Positions 10,267 to 20,925 are shown, numbered from the stretch's first letter. The stretch is 61,009 nt of DNA from an uncultured Leptolyngbya sp. (GCA_964353225.1 CAYGVA010000001.1:1-61009), one strand, 5' to 3'. A program made the numbers and translations. Notes: generated from the sequence alone by a model not told the origin.

Positions 10267-10460
10267 CCTAGGGGCGGCTAGATACAGTGCCCCCAGGGTG
10301 ATCGCGGCCAATGCTTCCTCCGGCCCCAGTAACGGCAAAAACACTTTCCTGTCGTGAACGGGCTCAAAATCCAACCCCGGTTGCAGAAAGGTGGCGACCC
10401 CCTGAGGATGTGTCAGGGTGAAACGATCCCATCATCGCGGCCCAGACCCAAGCATGCCCA

Positions 10461-10495
10461 AAAAACATCCCCCGAGGCCACCTCGGGGGATGTTT
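10461..10495 (-). terminator. Rho-independent terminator downstream of ndhD1
   Basis: 15-bp perfect inverted repeat AAACATCCCCCGAGG-cca-CCTCGGGGGATGTTT, ending in a U-run on the minus strand. Confidence 0.75.
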
Positions 10496-10528
10496 CAAAA
10501 TCAAGCCCTACATCTCAAGCAGCGGTTG

Positions 10529-12115
10529 TCACCCTTTTGGGAGCATGGGAGCCTTTTGAGGCAACCAGGCCAAGGGCGGAATGGATTCAGTGTCATTCAG
10601 GGCAAATACCTTCTCACGCAGGTGATCAGTGAGCTGGAGGGTGGTGGCATCGTAGACCTGGGTTAGCAGCTTGGGGTAGAGACCAAAGCCAATGATTGGC
10701 ACCAGCAGACAAGCGATGATAAACACCTCCCGAGGCTCGGCATCGATCAAGACTTCCTTTTCGTTCAGCTCCTTGTTTTCCGGCCCATAGAAAATTTCCC
10801 GCAGCATAGACAGCAGGTAGATGGGGGTCAACACCACCCCGATCGCCATCAAGATCACCATAATCAACTTGAAGTTGAAGCTATAGGCATCACTGGTGGC
10901 AAAGCCCACAAACACCATTAACTCAGCCACAAAGCCACTCATCCCTGGCAAGGCCAAGGAGGCCATGGAGCAGGTGGTGAACATCGCAAAAATCTTGGGC
11001 ATCTTTTTGCCCACCCCCCCCATTTCCTTGAGGATGAGGGTGTGGGTGCGATCGTAGGTGGCCCCCACCAGAAAGAATAGGCTGGCTCCAATTAACCCAT
11101 GGGAAACCATTTGTAGCACCGCCCCGCTCAGACCCAGGTTTGTGAAAGAGGCTAGCCCAATCATCACAAAGCCCATGTGGGAGATAGAAGAATAGGCAAT
11201 TTTGCGTTTCAGATTGGTCTGGGCAAAGGAGGTGAGAGCTGCGTAGATGATATTGACAACCCCAAGGATGATCAGAATGGGAGCCACGACGCCATGGGCC
11301 TCCGGTAGCATTCCCACATTCATCCTTAGCAGCGCATATCCCCCCATCTTCAGCAAGATACCGGCCAACAGCATATGGACCGGTGCCGTCGCCTCCCCAT
11401 GGGCATCTGGCAACCAGGTATGCAGCGGAATAATCGGCAACTTGACCCCATAGGCAATAAAGAAGGCCGCATACATGAATAACTGGAAATTGAGCGGATA
11501 ATCCTTCGCGGCCAAGGCCCGCATATCAAAGGTGATCGTGTCTCCATAGAAGGCCATTGCCAAGGCCGCCACCAAGATAAATAGCGATCCCCCAGCGGTA
11601 TAAAGAATGAACTTGGTTGCCGCGTAGAGTCGCCGCTTGCCGCCCCAAATTGACAGGAGTAGATAAACCGGGATCAGCTCTAGTTCCCACATGAAGAAGA
11701 ACAGAAGCATATCCTGGACCACAAAAACCCCCAACTGGCCGCTATACATGGCCAGGATCAGGAAGTAAAACAGACGGGGCTTCATGGTGACGGGCCACGA
11801 GGCCAAGATCGCCAGGGTGCTAATAAAGCCGGTCAAGAGCACTAGCGGCATCGATAGGCCATCGACGCCGACTGACCATCTCAGGTCGAGTTGAGCCACC
11901 CAGGTGTAGCTTTCAACCATTTGTAGGCCGGAGCCCTGGAGGTCATAGCTCTGGCAAAAGCCAATGACCAGCAAGATAAAATCGATCAGACCAACGGTTA
12001 AGGCATACCAACGAATCGTGCGCCCATTTTGATCCGGAATGAAGGGGATCAACAGGGCCGCCGTAATCGGTAAAAGCGTGGTAACCGTTAACCAAGGAAA
12101 TTGAGCAAGATCCAT
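10529..12115 (-). CDS. ndhD: NAD(P)H-quinone oxidoreductase subunit 4 (NdhD1 type)
   Basis: [38 protein letters not shown]; directly downstream of ndhF1. Confidence 0.97.
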   Translation of the reverse strand: MDLAQFPWLTVTTLLPITAALLIPFIPDQNGRTIRWYALTVGLIDFILLVIGFCQSYDLQGSGLQMVESYTWVAQLDLRWSVGVDGLSMPLVLLTGFISTLAILASWPVTMKPRLFYFLILAMYSGQLGVFVVQDMLLFFFMWELELIPVYLLLSIWGGKRRLYAATKFILYTAGGSLFILVAALAMAFYGDTITFDMRALAAKDYPLNFQLFMYAAFFIAYGVKLPIIPLHTWLPDAHGEATAPVHMLLAGILLKMGGYALLRMNVGMLPEAHGVVAPILIILGVVNIIYAALTSFAQTNLKRKIAYSSISHMGFVMIGLASFTNLGLSGAVLQMVSHGLIGASLFFLVGATYDRTHTLILKEMGGVGKKMPKIFAMFTTCSMASLALPGMSGFVAELMVFVGFATSDAYSFNFKLIMVILMAIGVVLTPIYLLSMLREIFYGPENKELNEKEVLIDAEPREVFIIACLLVPIIGFGLYPKLLTQVYDATTLQLTDHLREKVFALNDTESIPPLAWLPQKAPMLPKG

Positions 12116-12182
12116 AACGGTGATTTGTAGGGGCAGAACTTGAAAAAATGCCTTTGGATAATCCAGATAGGCGAAGACGAAT

Positions 12183-12234
12183 GGTCAGCGTTACCCCACC
12201 GCGTCAGCGTTGCTGCTGTGGGGTAACGCTGGCC
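12183..12234 (-). terminator. Intercistronic stem-loop between ndhF1 and ndhD1
   Basis: GGTCAGCGTTACCCCAC(12183-12199) ... GTGGGGTAACGCTGGCC(12218-12234); 17 bp with one non-Watson-Crick position; no U-tract. Confidence 0.55.
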
Positions 12235-12236
12235 GA

Positions 12237-14324
12237 CTAAGTTATTCCAGAGAGCAACACGAGCCCCAGTACGGCACCAAACACGATCAGCGCGTAAAAC
12301 TGGGCTCGACCATTCTCGAAGTACTTCAGACCTTCGCCGGTCACCAGGGTGACGAAGCCCGCCAAGTTAACAATGCCATCGACGATCCGCACGTCGATTT
12401 CTAGCACTTGCTTGGCGAGTTTACGGGTGCCTTGGATGAAGACCACCTCGTAAATATCATCGACATACCATTTGTTTTTTGACAGTTGGTAAAAGGGCTT
12501 GATTCGTGTGGCGATCGCGGCGGGATCAATCACCCGCGTGCGGTACATCATTACCGCTAAGGTAATGCCGAGCAGGCCAATGCCGACGGAAGAGCCACCC
12601 ATGATCAAGAATTCTTGCCAGTCAAAGGCTTCGGCTGATTCGGCCAGCTCCAGCAGTTCTTCGCTGGGGGGGTGGATGAAGGCTTCAAAATAATTGGCAA
12701 AAGGGGTACCCACTAAGCCAATTAACATTGAGGGCACCGCTAGGGCCATCAACGGAAAGGTCATCGCAAACGGCGATTCATGGGGGGTCTCACTGTGGTG
12801 ATGATCGTCATGGTCATCCCCGTGGGTGTCTTCCTCCAAGGTCAGTTCTTGGGGATTCATGGCCCCAGGCCCCAGGGAAGCCCCCATCGCCATTAGCTGC
12901 TCCCGCTTGAGCTGTAGCTGAATGGTTTTATCGGTGCCCTTAAACTCGCCCTCAAAGGTCGAGAAGTACATGCGGAACATGTAGAAGGCCGTGATCCCAG
13001 CGGTTAGCCAACCGATCCCCCAGAGGACAGGACTGACGGCAAAGGTCGAACCCAGGATTTCATCCTTAGACCAAAAGCCCGCAAAGGGCGGAATCCCACA
13101 GATGGCCAGGGTCCCGATCAAAAAGGTGATCGCAGTGATGGGCATGTGTTTGCGCAAGCCACCCATCAGCCGCATGTCTTGGGCCAGCACCGGGTCGTGA
13201 CCCACCACCTCTTCCATGCCGTGAATCACAGAGCCAGAGCCCAAAAACAACATCGCCTTGAAGTAGGCATGGGTCATCAGGTGAAAGAGACCGGCTCCGT
13301 AGGCTCCGACCCCCATGGCCATCACCATGTAGCCCAACTGGGACATGGTGGAGTAAGCCAGACCCTTTTTGATGTCGTTTTGGGTGATGGCGATACTGGC
13401 CCCCATGAAGGCCGTAAAGGCCCCCGTCCAAGCCACCACGTTCATGACCGTTGGCAGTTCCTCAAAGACTGGGAACATGCGAGCTACGAGGAACACCCCA
13501 GCCGCCACCATGGTGGCGGCGTGGATTAAGGCGGAGATAGGTGTTGGGCCTTCCATGGCGTCGGGCAACCACACATGCAGTGGAAACTGAGCTGACTTGG
13601 CCATGGGGCCGAGAAAGACCAAAATCGCGAAAATCGATACCAGTCCAGCATTGAGGCTGCCCGTGGTGACCAATTCCGTGAGGCGATCGCCCATCACGTC
13701 AAACTCAAAGCTACCGGTGGCCCAGAAAATCGCCAGCATCCCCAGCAGCAAGCCAAAGTCCCCAACTCGGTTGGTGACAAAAGCCTTCTGACAGGCATCA
13801 GCAGCACCTTTGCGCTCATACCAAAATCCGATTAACAGGTAGGAACACATGCCCACCAGTTCCCAGAACACATAGACCTGTAGCAAGTTAGGGCTAATCA
13901 CCAACCCCAGCATGGATGAGCTAAATAAGCTCAAATAGGCATAGAAGCGCACATAACCAGGGTCATGGGCCATGTAGCCATCGGTGTAGACCATCACCAA
14001 AAAGGCCACAGTGGTGACAATCACCAGCATTAAAGAGGCCAGGTGATCGATGGTGTAACCCATCGTCAGGTGAAAGTCCCCAGCCGAGGCCCAGTCAATG
14101 GTGCGGGTATAAGCTTCTTGACCTTGAAATTGACTGAAAAATAATAGGAAGGACAGCACCATCGCTGCCCCCGTCAACGAAACGATAAAGACGGCAGCAG
14201 GACGCCGCAGCGTGCTGGTGGTCTGGCTATAACTCACTAGACCGGTGCCGACAATTGCCGCACCGACTAGGGGTAAAACCGGTACCAGCCAGGCGTATTC
14301 GTAAATTGCCTCGATTGATTCCAT
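12237..14324 (-). CDS. ndhF: NAD(P)H-quinone oxidoreductase subunit 5 (NdhF1 type)
   Basis: YMAHDPGYVRFY, KSAQFPLHVWLPDAMEGPTPISALIHAATMV, His-rich loop before PHESP. Confidence 0.98.
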   Translation of the reverse strand: MESIEAIYEYAWLVPVLPLVGAAIVGTGLVSYSQTTSTLRRPAAVFIVSLTGAAMVLSFLLFFSQFQGQEAYTRTIDWASAGDFHLTMGYTIDHLASLMLVIVTTVAFLVMVYTDGYMAHDPGYVRFYAYLSLFSSSMLGLVISPNLLQVYVFWELVGMCSYLLIGFWYERKGAADACQKAFVTNRVGDFGLLLGMLAIFWATGSFEFDVMGDRLTELVTTGSLNAGLVSIFAILVFLGPMAKSAQFPLHVWLPDAMEGPTPISALIHAATMVAAGVFLVARMFPVFEELPTVMNVVAWTGAFTAFMGASIAITQNDIKKGLAYSTMSQLGYMVMAMGVGAYGAGLFHLMTHAYFKAMLFLGSGSVIHGMEEVVGHDPVLAQDMRLMGGLRKHMPITAITFLIGTLAICGIPPFAGFWSKDEILGSTFAVSPVLWGIGWLTAGITAFYMFRMYFSTFEGEFKGTDKTIQLQLKREQLMAMGASLGPGAMNPQELTLEEDTHGDDHDDHHHSETPHESPFAMTFPLMALAVPSMLIGLVGTPFANYFEAFIHPPSEELLELAESAEAFDWQEFLIMGGSSVGIGLLGITLAVMMYRTRVIDPAAIATRIKPFYQLSKNKWYVDDIYEVVFIQGTRKLAKQVLEIDVRIVDGIVNLAGFVTLVTGEGLKYFENGRAQFYALIVFGAVLGLVLLSGIT

Positions 14325-14781
14325 TCGTAGTGCCTACTCCACTGTCTGCCATAGGCGGCCAAAAACGCCTACATTTTGCCATACGCCTAGGAATTAAATT
14401 GCCCAACTCCAACGAACTTCTGAAGACTCAATCAGATCTATTGGGGATTGGGTTTTGACGGCCCCTAAAACTGCATCAGCATCAACAGGGTTTGCTGCGC
14501 CTTCGGCTTCAGGTTGATCGTGCTTAGCGTAACAGGGGAATCCACTCCTGCCCCTGGAGACGTAACAGGTTTTTCATATTGTGGTGAGTTTTTGCTCAGC
14601 ACAGGCGTAGAAACGTCACTTCTGTAGAAGCAGGATTGCTATGGATTGCTGACGATTAGGGCGAAAAACTTAACACTTTGCCGCCTGCCAAAGTGGAATT
14701 GATTTCATTACAGTGAGGAACACCCTCCCATCCCTTTTGCGAACCGTCTGAGGTGGGCGTGCTCAATTATTAATTGCTCCA

Positions 14782-16665
14782 ATGCCGCGATTCCGTTGGA
14801 AAGCTCCGCTAACGCTGCCTTGCTCACCTCGTCTGGCTCATTACAGCAAGAGGATTGCTGAGGGCGTTGGCCTGTTAGGGGGCGCTTTACTAATCGCAGT
14901 TGCCAGCCCTGCCCCAGCGGTTGAGGAGATTGTGGTGCAGCTAGGTCCTCTGAATGTCCCTTTGCAGGTCGGTGATTTAGAGCAGGCTGCAACCACAGAT
15001 CAGGTGCCGCCCGATCTCAGACCCTATGGCCCCTTATTAACTCCGGCAGTTCGCCAGACCTTGCGCCGTCCCTTGAGCTTGGACCCGCAAGTGAGCGATC
15101 GCATCGTGGCGGATCTGCTCAGTTCCAAGAATGGCCAACAGTTACTAGCGTTACTTTCCACTGTGGCACCGGGCTTGTCCCCAACGGCACTACAGGCAGC
15201 CATCCAAATGGCCGCCCAAGATCCTGAAGGGCTGAGTCTTCTGGGCATTCTCAACGCTCTACCTGGGGAACGATTGACCTTGAAAGCCGGGGCCTCGCTC
15301 ACCCTGCTTGTTCAGTTTGGCCTTTCCCAGTGGGAGCAACTGGCCCTCAGTAATGTGCTCAATCAGACCCTTGTGAACGAAGCGATGGCCGGGGCATTTC
15401 CCTTTAACCCCACCACGGTGGGCTCAGAAACGGTCAGAACCTGGTCCCGTTCACTCACGGACGCGAGCCGTGGGCGGACTGTGCCCATCGATATTTATTA
15501 CAGCCGCCACGCCGAGGGACCGCTGGTGTTGCTCTCCCACGGATTTGGGGCAGATCGCGACTTCCTGGCCTATCTCGGAGAGCACCTGGCCTCCCATGGG
15601 TTGACCGTGGTGTCCATTGAGCATCCGGGCAGCAATGTCAAAGCCCTTTCTGAAGCGGAAGGGGCAATTTTACCCGCCAGCGAATTTATTGATCGCCCCC
15701 TAGATGTGCGTTTGGTGCTAGATTATTTGGCTGACTTGAATGCGGCCTCTCGCACGGACCAACAACGCTTCAATCTTGATCAAGTCACCCTCGTGGGCCA
15801 TTCCCTCGGTGGGTATACCGGCTTAGCCCTAGCCGGTGCCCCATTAGATCTGGCAGCCCTCAATCAGTTTTGCCAAGGGTTAGCGCCGAATGATTTGTCC
15901 CCAGCGGATTGGCTGCAATGTGCAGCCACCGACCTTGCCCTGCCAGCGACGGGTTTGGCCGACGATCGCATCACCCAACTGGTGATTATGAACCCCATCA
16001 TTGGTCAGTTGTTTGGGGCGGAGGGGTTGCGCCAAGTGGCGGTGCCAACGCTGATCTTGACCGGCACTGAGGATGGCGTCACCCCCACTGGGGATCAACA
16101 ACTCCGACCCTTTGAGCAATTGTCGGGACCTCGCGCCTTAGTGGCAGTGATTGGGGGAACCCATCTGAGCGTCGGGGACCCTGACAATCTCAACCCAGCC
16201 CTGACTCAGATTCCCTTTATGCCAGAGCTACCGACGGATGAAACCGCCCAGTTACGCACCTATCTCAAAGGCACGTTACTGAGTTTCATCATGCAGCAAA
16301 CCCCCCAACGGCGACGCTACCGGCCCTTTCTGACGGCCACCTATGCCCAGCGATTTTCAACCGAGGCGCTACCCTTGCGCTATGGCGATCATCTTCCGGA
16401 ACCCATTACCCATTGGTTATGGGGGCGGCGGGTGCTAGCGCGATACTTAAGTCCACCGATGGAAAGTGTGGCCTCGCTGTTGCATTTAGGGTTGATTGGG
16501 TTGCAATACGATTTGGCCCATTTTCGGCGCACGGCGATCGCCCAAATCCCTTTTGTCAACCGTCAAGGATTTCAGCCCATTTCATTGCAATCGTCCCCTT
16601 ACCCCTCCCCGAGTATGGCCCTGGGAATGACGCTCCACGAGCTGAGCCCCTCTACTCGTGAGTGA
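14782..16665 (+). CDS. Alpha/beta hydrolase with N-terminal DUF1400-like domain
   Basis: Signal peptide (APA-VEE), LSHGFG, EHPGS, nucleophile elbow GHSLGG, GGTHLS. Confidence 0.88.
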   Translation: MPRFRWKAPLTLPCSPRLAHYSKRIAEGVGLLGGALLIAVASPAPAVEEIVVQLGPLNVPLQVGDLEQAATTDQVPPDLRPYGPLLTPAVRQTLRRPLSLDPQVSDRIVADLLSSKNGQQLLALLSTVAPGLSPTALQAAIQMAAQDPEGLSLLGILNALPGERLTLKAGASLTLLVQFGLSQWEQLALSNVLNQTLVNEAMAGAFPFNPTTVGSETVRTWSRSLTDASRGRTVPIDIYYSRHAEGPLVLLSHGFGADRDFLAYLGEHLASHGLTVVSIEHPGSNVKALSEAEGAILPASEFIDRPLDVRLVLDYLADLNAASRTDQQRFNLDQVTLVGHSLGGYTGLALAGAPLDLAALNQFCQGLAPNDLSPADWLQCAATDLALPATGLADDRITQLVIMNPIIGQLFGAEGLRQVAVPTLILTGTEDGVTPTGDQQLRPFEQLSGPRALVAVIGGTHLSVGDPDNLNPALTQIPFMPELPTDETAQLRTYLKGTLLSFIMQQTPQRRRYRPFLTATYAQRFSTEALPLRYGDHLPEPITHWLWGRRVLARYLSPPMESVASLLHLGLIGLQYDLAHFRRTAIAQIPFVNRQGFQPISLQSSPYPSPSMALGMTLHELSPSTRE

Positions 16666-17491
16666 TCCCCTCGGGCAAAATAGTGCCCCGCAGATCAGCA
16701 TTTTTGAGGTTGGCGTAGGTCATGCTGGCATTGATCATTACCGCCTCGGTCAAAATAGCCCCACTCAGGTTTGACCAACTGAGCTTGGCACGATAGAGGG
16801 TCGCCCCCTTCAGATCAGCCCCCCGCAAAGAACTCCAACTGAGGTTGGCACCCCGCAGGTTAGCCCGAATCAAAACCGTATTGACCATGCTGCACCCTTG
16901 CAACTTGGCACGGCTGAGGTCCACTTCCCGCATGTCAGCCATATCTAAAACCGCACCACTCAGAATGCTCCCTTGGAGCTTGGCACCCACCAGGACGGCT
17001 TCCATGAGGGTGGCATTGGCCAGACTAGCCCCCTCTAGATTGGCCCCAGCTAAGTTAGCCTTGACAAGATGGGCGCGATTGAGGCTAACTCCGGCCAAAT
17101 TGGCCCCCTCTAAATTAGCGTCGTCTAAATTAGCCTCATTCAAATTGGCGTCCTGTAGGGTTGCCCTCAGTAGGGTGGCGCGCGGCAGTAGGGCTCCCCG
17201 CATACCGACCTCGATCAGATTGGCGTCGATGAGATTGGCATCGCTACAGTTGGCCCCAATCAAATTGGCCAAAGTCAAATTCGTTTGATGAAGAGATGCA
17301 CGGGACAAATTGACTTCCCGTAGGTTGGCTCCCTGGAAATTGGCTCCATCTATCACCGCACCGGAAAGGTTGGCATCACGCAGGTTGATTTCTGGCAATA
17401 TCTTTTGGGATAAATCAACCCCGGCCAAATTAGCGCCACGAAAATCCCGTTCTCCCGCACCGTAGCGGGTTAGTAGCTCGTTTAAATCCAT
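16652..17491 (-). CDS. Pentapeptide repeat protein
   Basis: Continuous A(N/D)LxG-type pentapeptide repeats after N-terminal 'ELLTRYGAGERDF'. Confidence 0.95.
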   Translation of the reverse strand: MDLNELLTRYGAGERDFRGANLAGVDLSQKILPEINLRDANLSGAVIDGANFQGANLREVNLSRASLHQTNLTLANLIGANCSDANLIDANLIEVGMRGALLPRATLLRATLQDANLNEANLDDANLEGANLAGVSLNRAHLVKANLAGANLEGASLANATLMEAVLVGAKLQGSILSGAVLDMADMREVDLSRAKLQGCSMVNTVLIRANLRGANLSWSSLRGADLKGATLYRAKLSWSNLSGAILTEAVMINASMTYANLKNADLRGTILPEGITHE

Positions 17492-17864
17492 GGTCTATCT
17501 CAGGAACTCCCGTCATCCTGCCCTTGGCATGGGGGCAAATCACGGGCTGCACGCAATGGAGCGCCCCTTCGTTGGGGACGTCTCTCTGCAGGAAAGCGCC
17601 GTTGATGCAACCCTGATGACTCGAATGTCATTCTGGCACAGGATGTCCACCGTATAATTTCGATACTTCGATGAAATTTAATACTGATCTTACTGAGATG
17701 CCTTCACCCATATTTTCTGCCGGTCCTTTGCAAGGTGACCAAAGCGATCTGCCGACGCATTTCCCGATTGCTGTCATCATGCCGCCGCAAGGGCTATCCA
17801 GTCTCTGTTTTAGAAAAGAAGGGATTCGGTAGGATATGGGGTATTGCGATACGACACAGAAACC

Positions 17865-19550
17865 ATGCCGGATAACCGTAGAAGCCAAGCGATTACTCAG
17901 GGGGTGCAGCGGACCCCGAACCGGGCCATGCTCAGAGCCGTTGGCTTCGGGGACAATGATTTCTCTAAGCCCATTGTGGGGCTAGCCAACGGCCACAGCA
18001 CGATTACTCCCTGCAACATGGGGCTAGGCGGTTTAGCCACTCGGGCCGAAGCAGGGTTGACGCAAGCCGGGGCGATGCCCCAAATGTTTGGGACGATCAC
18101 CATCAGCGATGGGATTTCCATGGGCACGGAGGGGATGAAGTATTCCCTGGTGTCTCGGGAGGTGATTGCCGACTCTATTGAAACCGTCTGCAACGGTCAG
18201 AGTCTGGATGGGGTTTTGGCCATTGGGGGCTGTGACAAAAACATGCCGGGGGCGATGATTGCGATCGCCCGCCTGAATATTCCCGCGATTTTTGTCTATG
18301 GCGGCACGATCAAGCCCGGCCATCTCAACGGTGAAGATCTGACCGTGGTCAGTGCCTTTGAGGCGGTGGGTCAGTACAGTGCGGGCAAAATTAACGAGGA
18401 GGAGATCCTGGCTGTCGAAAAGCACGCCTGCCCTGGGGCAGGGTCCTGTGGGGGCATGTTTACCGCCAACACCATGTCCTCGGCATTTGAAGCCATGGGT
18501 ATGAGCCTGATGTATTCCTCCACCATGGCGGCAGAGGATGCTGAAAAAGCGGATAGCACCGAAAAGTCTGCCTTTGTGTTGGTAGACGCCATTCGCAATC
18601 AAATCTTGCCCAGCCAAATTCTGACGCGCAAAGCGTTTGAAAACGCGATCGCGGTGATCATGGCCGTGGGCGGCTCCACCAATTCGGTGCTGCACATGCT
18701 GGCGATCGCCAATGCGATCGGCGTAGACCTGACCATCGACGACTTTGAAACCATCCGCCATAAGGTGCCGGTGATTTGCGATCTCAAACCCTCTGGGCGC
18801 TACGTGGCCACCGACTTCCACCGGGCGGGCGGCGTCCCCCAGGTGATGAAAATGTTGCTGGATCAGGGGCTCCTCCATGGGGATGCCCTGACGATCACGG
18901 GGCAAACCGTTGCCGAACTGTTGGCGGATATTCCGGTGGCCCCCAGGACCGACCAAGACGTTATTCGTCCCTTTGATCAGCCGATGTACCCCCTGGGGCA
19001 CCTCGGCATTCTCAAGGGTAACCTGGCATCCGAGGGGGCAGTGGCCAAGCTGACCGGCATTAAGAATCAGCACATCACCGGCCCAGCGCGAGTTTTCGAG
19101 TCAGAAGAAGAATGCCTGCGGGCCATTCTCGACAAAAAAATCCAGGCGGGGGATGTGATCGTAGTTCGCTATGAGGGACCTAAGGGTGGCCCCGGCATGC
19201 GCGAAATGCTCGCCCCCACTTCCGCCATTATTGGCGCTGGTCTCGGCGACTCGGTCGGGTTGATCACCGATGGCCGCTTCTCCGGTGGCACCTATGGCAT
19301 GGTGGTCGGCCATGTAGCCCCAGAAGCGGCGGTGGGTGGCACCATTGCCCTCGTTGAAGAGGGGGACAGCATCACCATTGATGCCAGCCAAAACCTGTTG
19401 CAGTTGAATGTTCCTGACGAGACCATCGCCCAACGTCGGGAGGCTTGGCAACCCCGTCGCCCTAACTACACCCGTGGCATTTTAGGCAAGTACGCCAAGT
19501 TGGTGTCTTCTAGTAGCCGGGGAGCGGTGACTGATCTGGATTTATTTTAA
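17865..19550 (+). CDS. ilvD: Dihydroxy-acid dehydratase
   Basis: [52 protein letters not shown]; ATG at 17865. Confidence 0.98.
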   Translation: MPDNRRSQAITQGVQRTPNRAMLRAVGFGDNDFSKPIVGLANGHSTITPCNMGLGGLATRAEAGLTQAGAMPQMFGTITISDGISMGTEGMKYSLVSREVIADSIETVCNGQSLDGVLAIGGCDKNMPGAMIAIARLNIPAIFVYGGTIKPGHLNGEDLTVVSAFEAVGQYSAGKINEEEILAVEKHACPGAGSCGGMFTANTMSSAFEAMGMSLMYSSTMAAEDAEKADSTEKSAFVLVDAIRNQILPSQILTRKAFENAIAVIMAVGGSTNSVLHMLAIANAIGVDLTIDDFETIRHKVPVICDLKPSGRYVATDFHRAGGVPQVMKMLLDQGLLHGDALTITGQTVAELLADIPVAPRTDQDVIRPFDQPMYPLGHLGILKGNLASEGAVAKLTGIKNQHITGPARVFESEEECLRAILDKKIQAGDVIVVRYEGPKGGPGMREMLAPTSAIIGAGLGDSVGLITDGRFSGGTYGMVVGHVAPEAAVGGTIALVEEGDSITIDASQNLLQLNVPDETIAQRREAWQPRRPNYTRGILGKYAKLVSSSSRGAVTDLDLF

Positions 19551-19569
19551 GTCGGGTCCATAGCTACCC

Positions 19570-19602
19570 CCGCCCCTGGCAAGTCGCCCTTGCTAGGGGC
19601 GG
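19570..19602 (+). terminator. Stem-loop downstream of ilvD
   Basis: CCGCCCCTGGCAAG-tcgcc-CTTGCTAGGGGCGG, 14 bp with one G-U pair. Confidence 0.6.
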
Positions 19603-19636
19603 CTATTCAATTACCCTGCTTTCCCCACCCTCTGCC

Positions 19637-19753
19637 ATGAAGCCCTATCGTCTCTCCCGTCTGAAGCAACAGCTCTTTTGGCTGGGGGTGTTGGTGTTGG
19701 TATGGCTACTGTGTAGCGGTGCTGCCCAGGCGAACGCGATCGGCCAATCCTGA
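19637..19753 (+). CDS. Putative 38-aa small protein consisting almost entirely of a signal peptide
   Basis: MKPYRLSRLKQQLFWLGVLVLVWLLCSGAAQANAIGQS*: basic n-region, hydrophobic h-region, AQA cleavage motif; below ORF-track cut-off. Confidence 0.4.
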   Translation: MKPYRLSRLKQQLFWLGVLVLVWLLCSGAAQANAIGQS

Positions 19754-19786
19754 GCGTCTTTTTCCCATAGGAAAAAGGCGCTCAGG
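19749..19786. terminator. 17-bp stem-loop between the small ORF and the convergent tRNA-Leu 3' end
   Basis: CCTGAGCGTCTTTTTCC-cata-GGAAAAAGGCGCTCAGG. Confidence 0.6.
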
Positions 19787-19825
19787 CGCTATCACTAGCG
19801 CTGGTGAGCGAGAAAATGGGTGTAA

Positions 19826-20171
19826 TGGGGGCGGAGGGACTTGAACCCTCACGGCCTTGCGGCCAACGGATTTTCATCCTCCCGCAGCTTTCGCTGCTGC
19901 CAAGAACGGGAAAAACCCATCCTGGTTTTGAGAATTGGACCCTCCCTTTACCCTCGACTTAACGTTAGGGTAGCTCCCGTCGGGCCTCTGCACCTTCCAA
20001 AGAAAAAAACTTTCCTTTGGCTTGGCTCAGGATTGCCATATCCAGAACTGATTCAGAAGAACCAAGGACTGGGGTTAGGTTTCCCTGAGTTTGAGAGCTT
20101 CCACTTGACAGATTTCTCCACCAAGGCTCAGTTTTCTAAGTCCGTAGCGTCTACCATTCCGCCACGCCCCC
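19826..20171 (-). tRNA. trnL: tRNA-Leu (UAA), split by a group I intron; exons 20171-20138 and 19874-19826
   Basis: 5' exon GGGGGCGTGGCGGAATGGTAGACGCTACGGACTT; 3' exon AAAATCCGTTGGCCGCAAGGCCGTGAGGGTTCAAGTCCCTCCGCCCCCA; splicing restores anticodon loop CUUAAAA. Confidence 0.96.
19875..20137 (-). ncRNA. Group I self-splicing intron (trnL type, IC3), 263 nt
   Basis: Core elements on minus strand: P AACTCAGGGAAA, Q AATCCTGAGC, R GTGCAGAGGCCCGACGG, S AAAGGGAGGGTCC; terminal ...GATG; inserted after U34. Confidence 0.96.
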
Positions 20172-20345
20172 CAAATTGATGACTCAGCAGAGTCAACGTT
20201 TGGACTTCCTATTGTATCGGTCAATCTGCGTCCTAACACGCTAATTTCCCCTTTAGAATGACATTGGACTGATTGGTCGTTGCTGTCGGGCAAGACCACA
20301 GATCGCTAAATCGGTCATATCCCAATCCTGATTCCCTATCACCCT

Positions 20346-20591
20346 ATGCTGAGTGACCTAACCCTTTCCACAGATATGCTGATCACCTTGGGCTTATACG
20401 GTGCGATCGCAGGCACCTACCTGTTGGTACTGCCCGCAGCCCTCTTGTTTTACTTGAAAGCCCGTTGGCATACCGTTAGTTCGATCGAGCGAACAATTTT
20501 GTATGGGTTGATGTTTGCCCTCTTCCCAGGGATGCTGCTGCTGAGCCCCCTGGTTAACTTTCGTCCCCAACCTCGAACCATAAAGTCCTGA
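20346..20591 (+). CDS. ndhL: NAD(P)H-quinone oxidoreductase subunit L
   Basis: 'YLLVLP...YLKARW...SSIER...[18 protein letters not shown]'; ndhL-DUF3007-trpA gene order. Confidence 0.95.
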   Translation: MLSDLTLSTDMLITLGLYGAIAGTYLLVLPAALLFYLKARWHTVSSIERTILYGLMFALFPGMLLLSPLVNFRPQPRTIKS

Positions 20592-20598
20592 ACCCACC

Positions 20599-20925
20599 AT
20601 GCGGCGTATTGATGTAATCGGCATTGGCTTCGGGGTATTTGTGGTTGGGGGACTCTTGTACCTTGGCCTCAGACTCGCGGGCCTAGACAGTCCCTCTGCG
20701 GGGATTTGGAGCCAGGTCTTTTTTGTGGGAGGCATCTTAGGGTGGGTGGGCACTTACCTCACCCGAGTGGTGAATCACGATATGACCTATAACCGCCAAC
20801 TCGATGACTATGAAGAGGCGGTGCTACAAAAACGTCTGGATGAATTGACCCCTGAACAGCTCGCCCAACTCCAGGCCACCTTAGATGCGGAGGTAGACAA
20901 TCCGGGGTCACCAACTTCGCCGTAA
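20599..20925 (+). CDS. DUF3007 family protein
   Basis: 'MRRIDVIGIG...SAGIWSQ...TYLTRV...MTYNRQLDDYEEAVLQKRLDEL'. Confidence 0.9.
   Translation: MRRIDVIGIGFGVFVVGGLLYLGLRLAGLDSPSAGIWSQVFFVGGILGWVGTYLTRVVNHDMTYNRQLDDYEEAVLQKRLDELTPEQLAQLQATLDAEVDNPGSPTSP

Noticed and set aside
12770-12960. His/Asp-rich insertion in NdhF
   Set aside because: A variable His-rich loop before PHESP is normal in NdhF1/NuoL
16652-17491. Repetitive DNA with 15-nt periodicity (also 34021-34317) as a possible array
   Set aside because: Explained by pentapeptide-repeat coding; no repeat-spacer structure, so not CRISPR
18033-19073. 346-aa antisense ORF
   Set aside because: Shadow of ilvD on the opposite strand; no recognisable motifs
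19841-20299. ORFs overlapping tRNA-Leu/intron as a possible homing endonuclease
   Set aside because: They cross exon boundaries and lack LAGLIDADG, HNH or GIY-YIG motifs; the intron is only 263 nt
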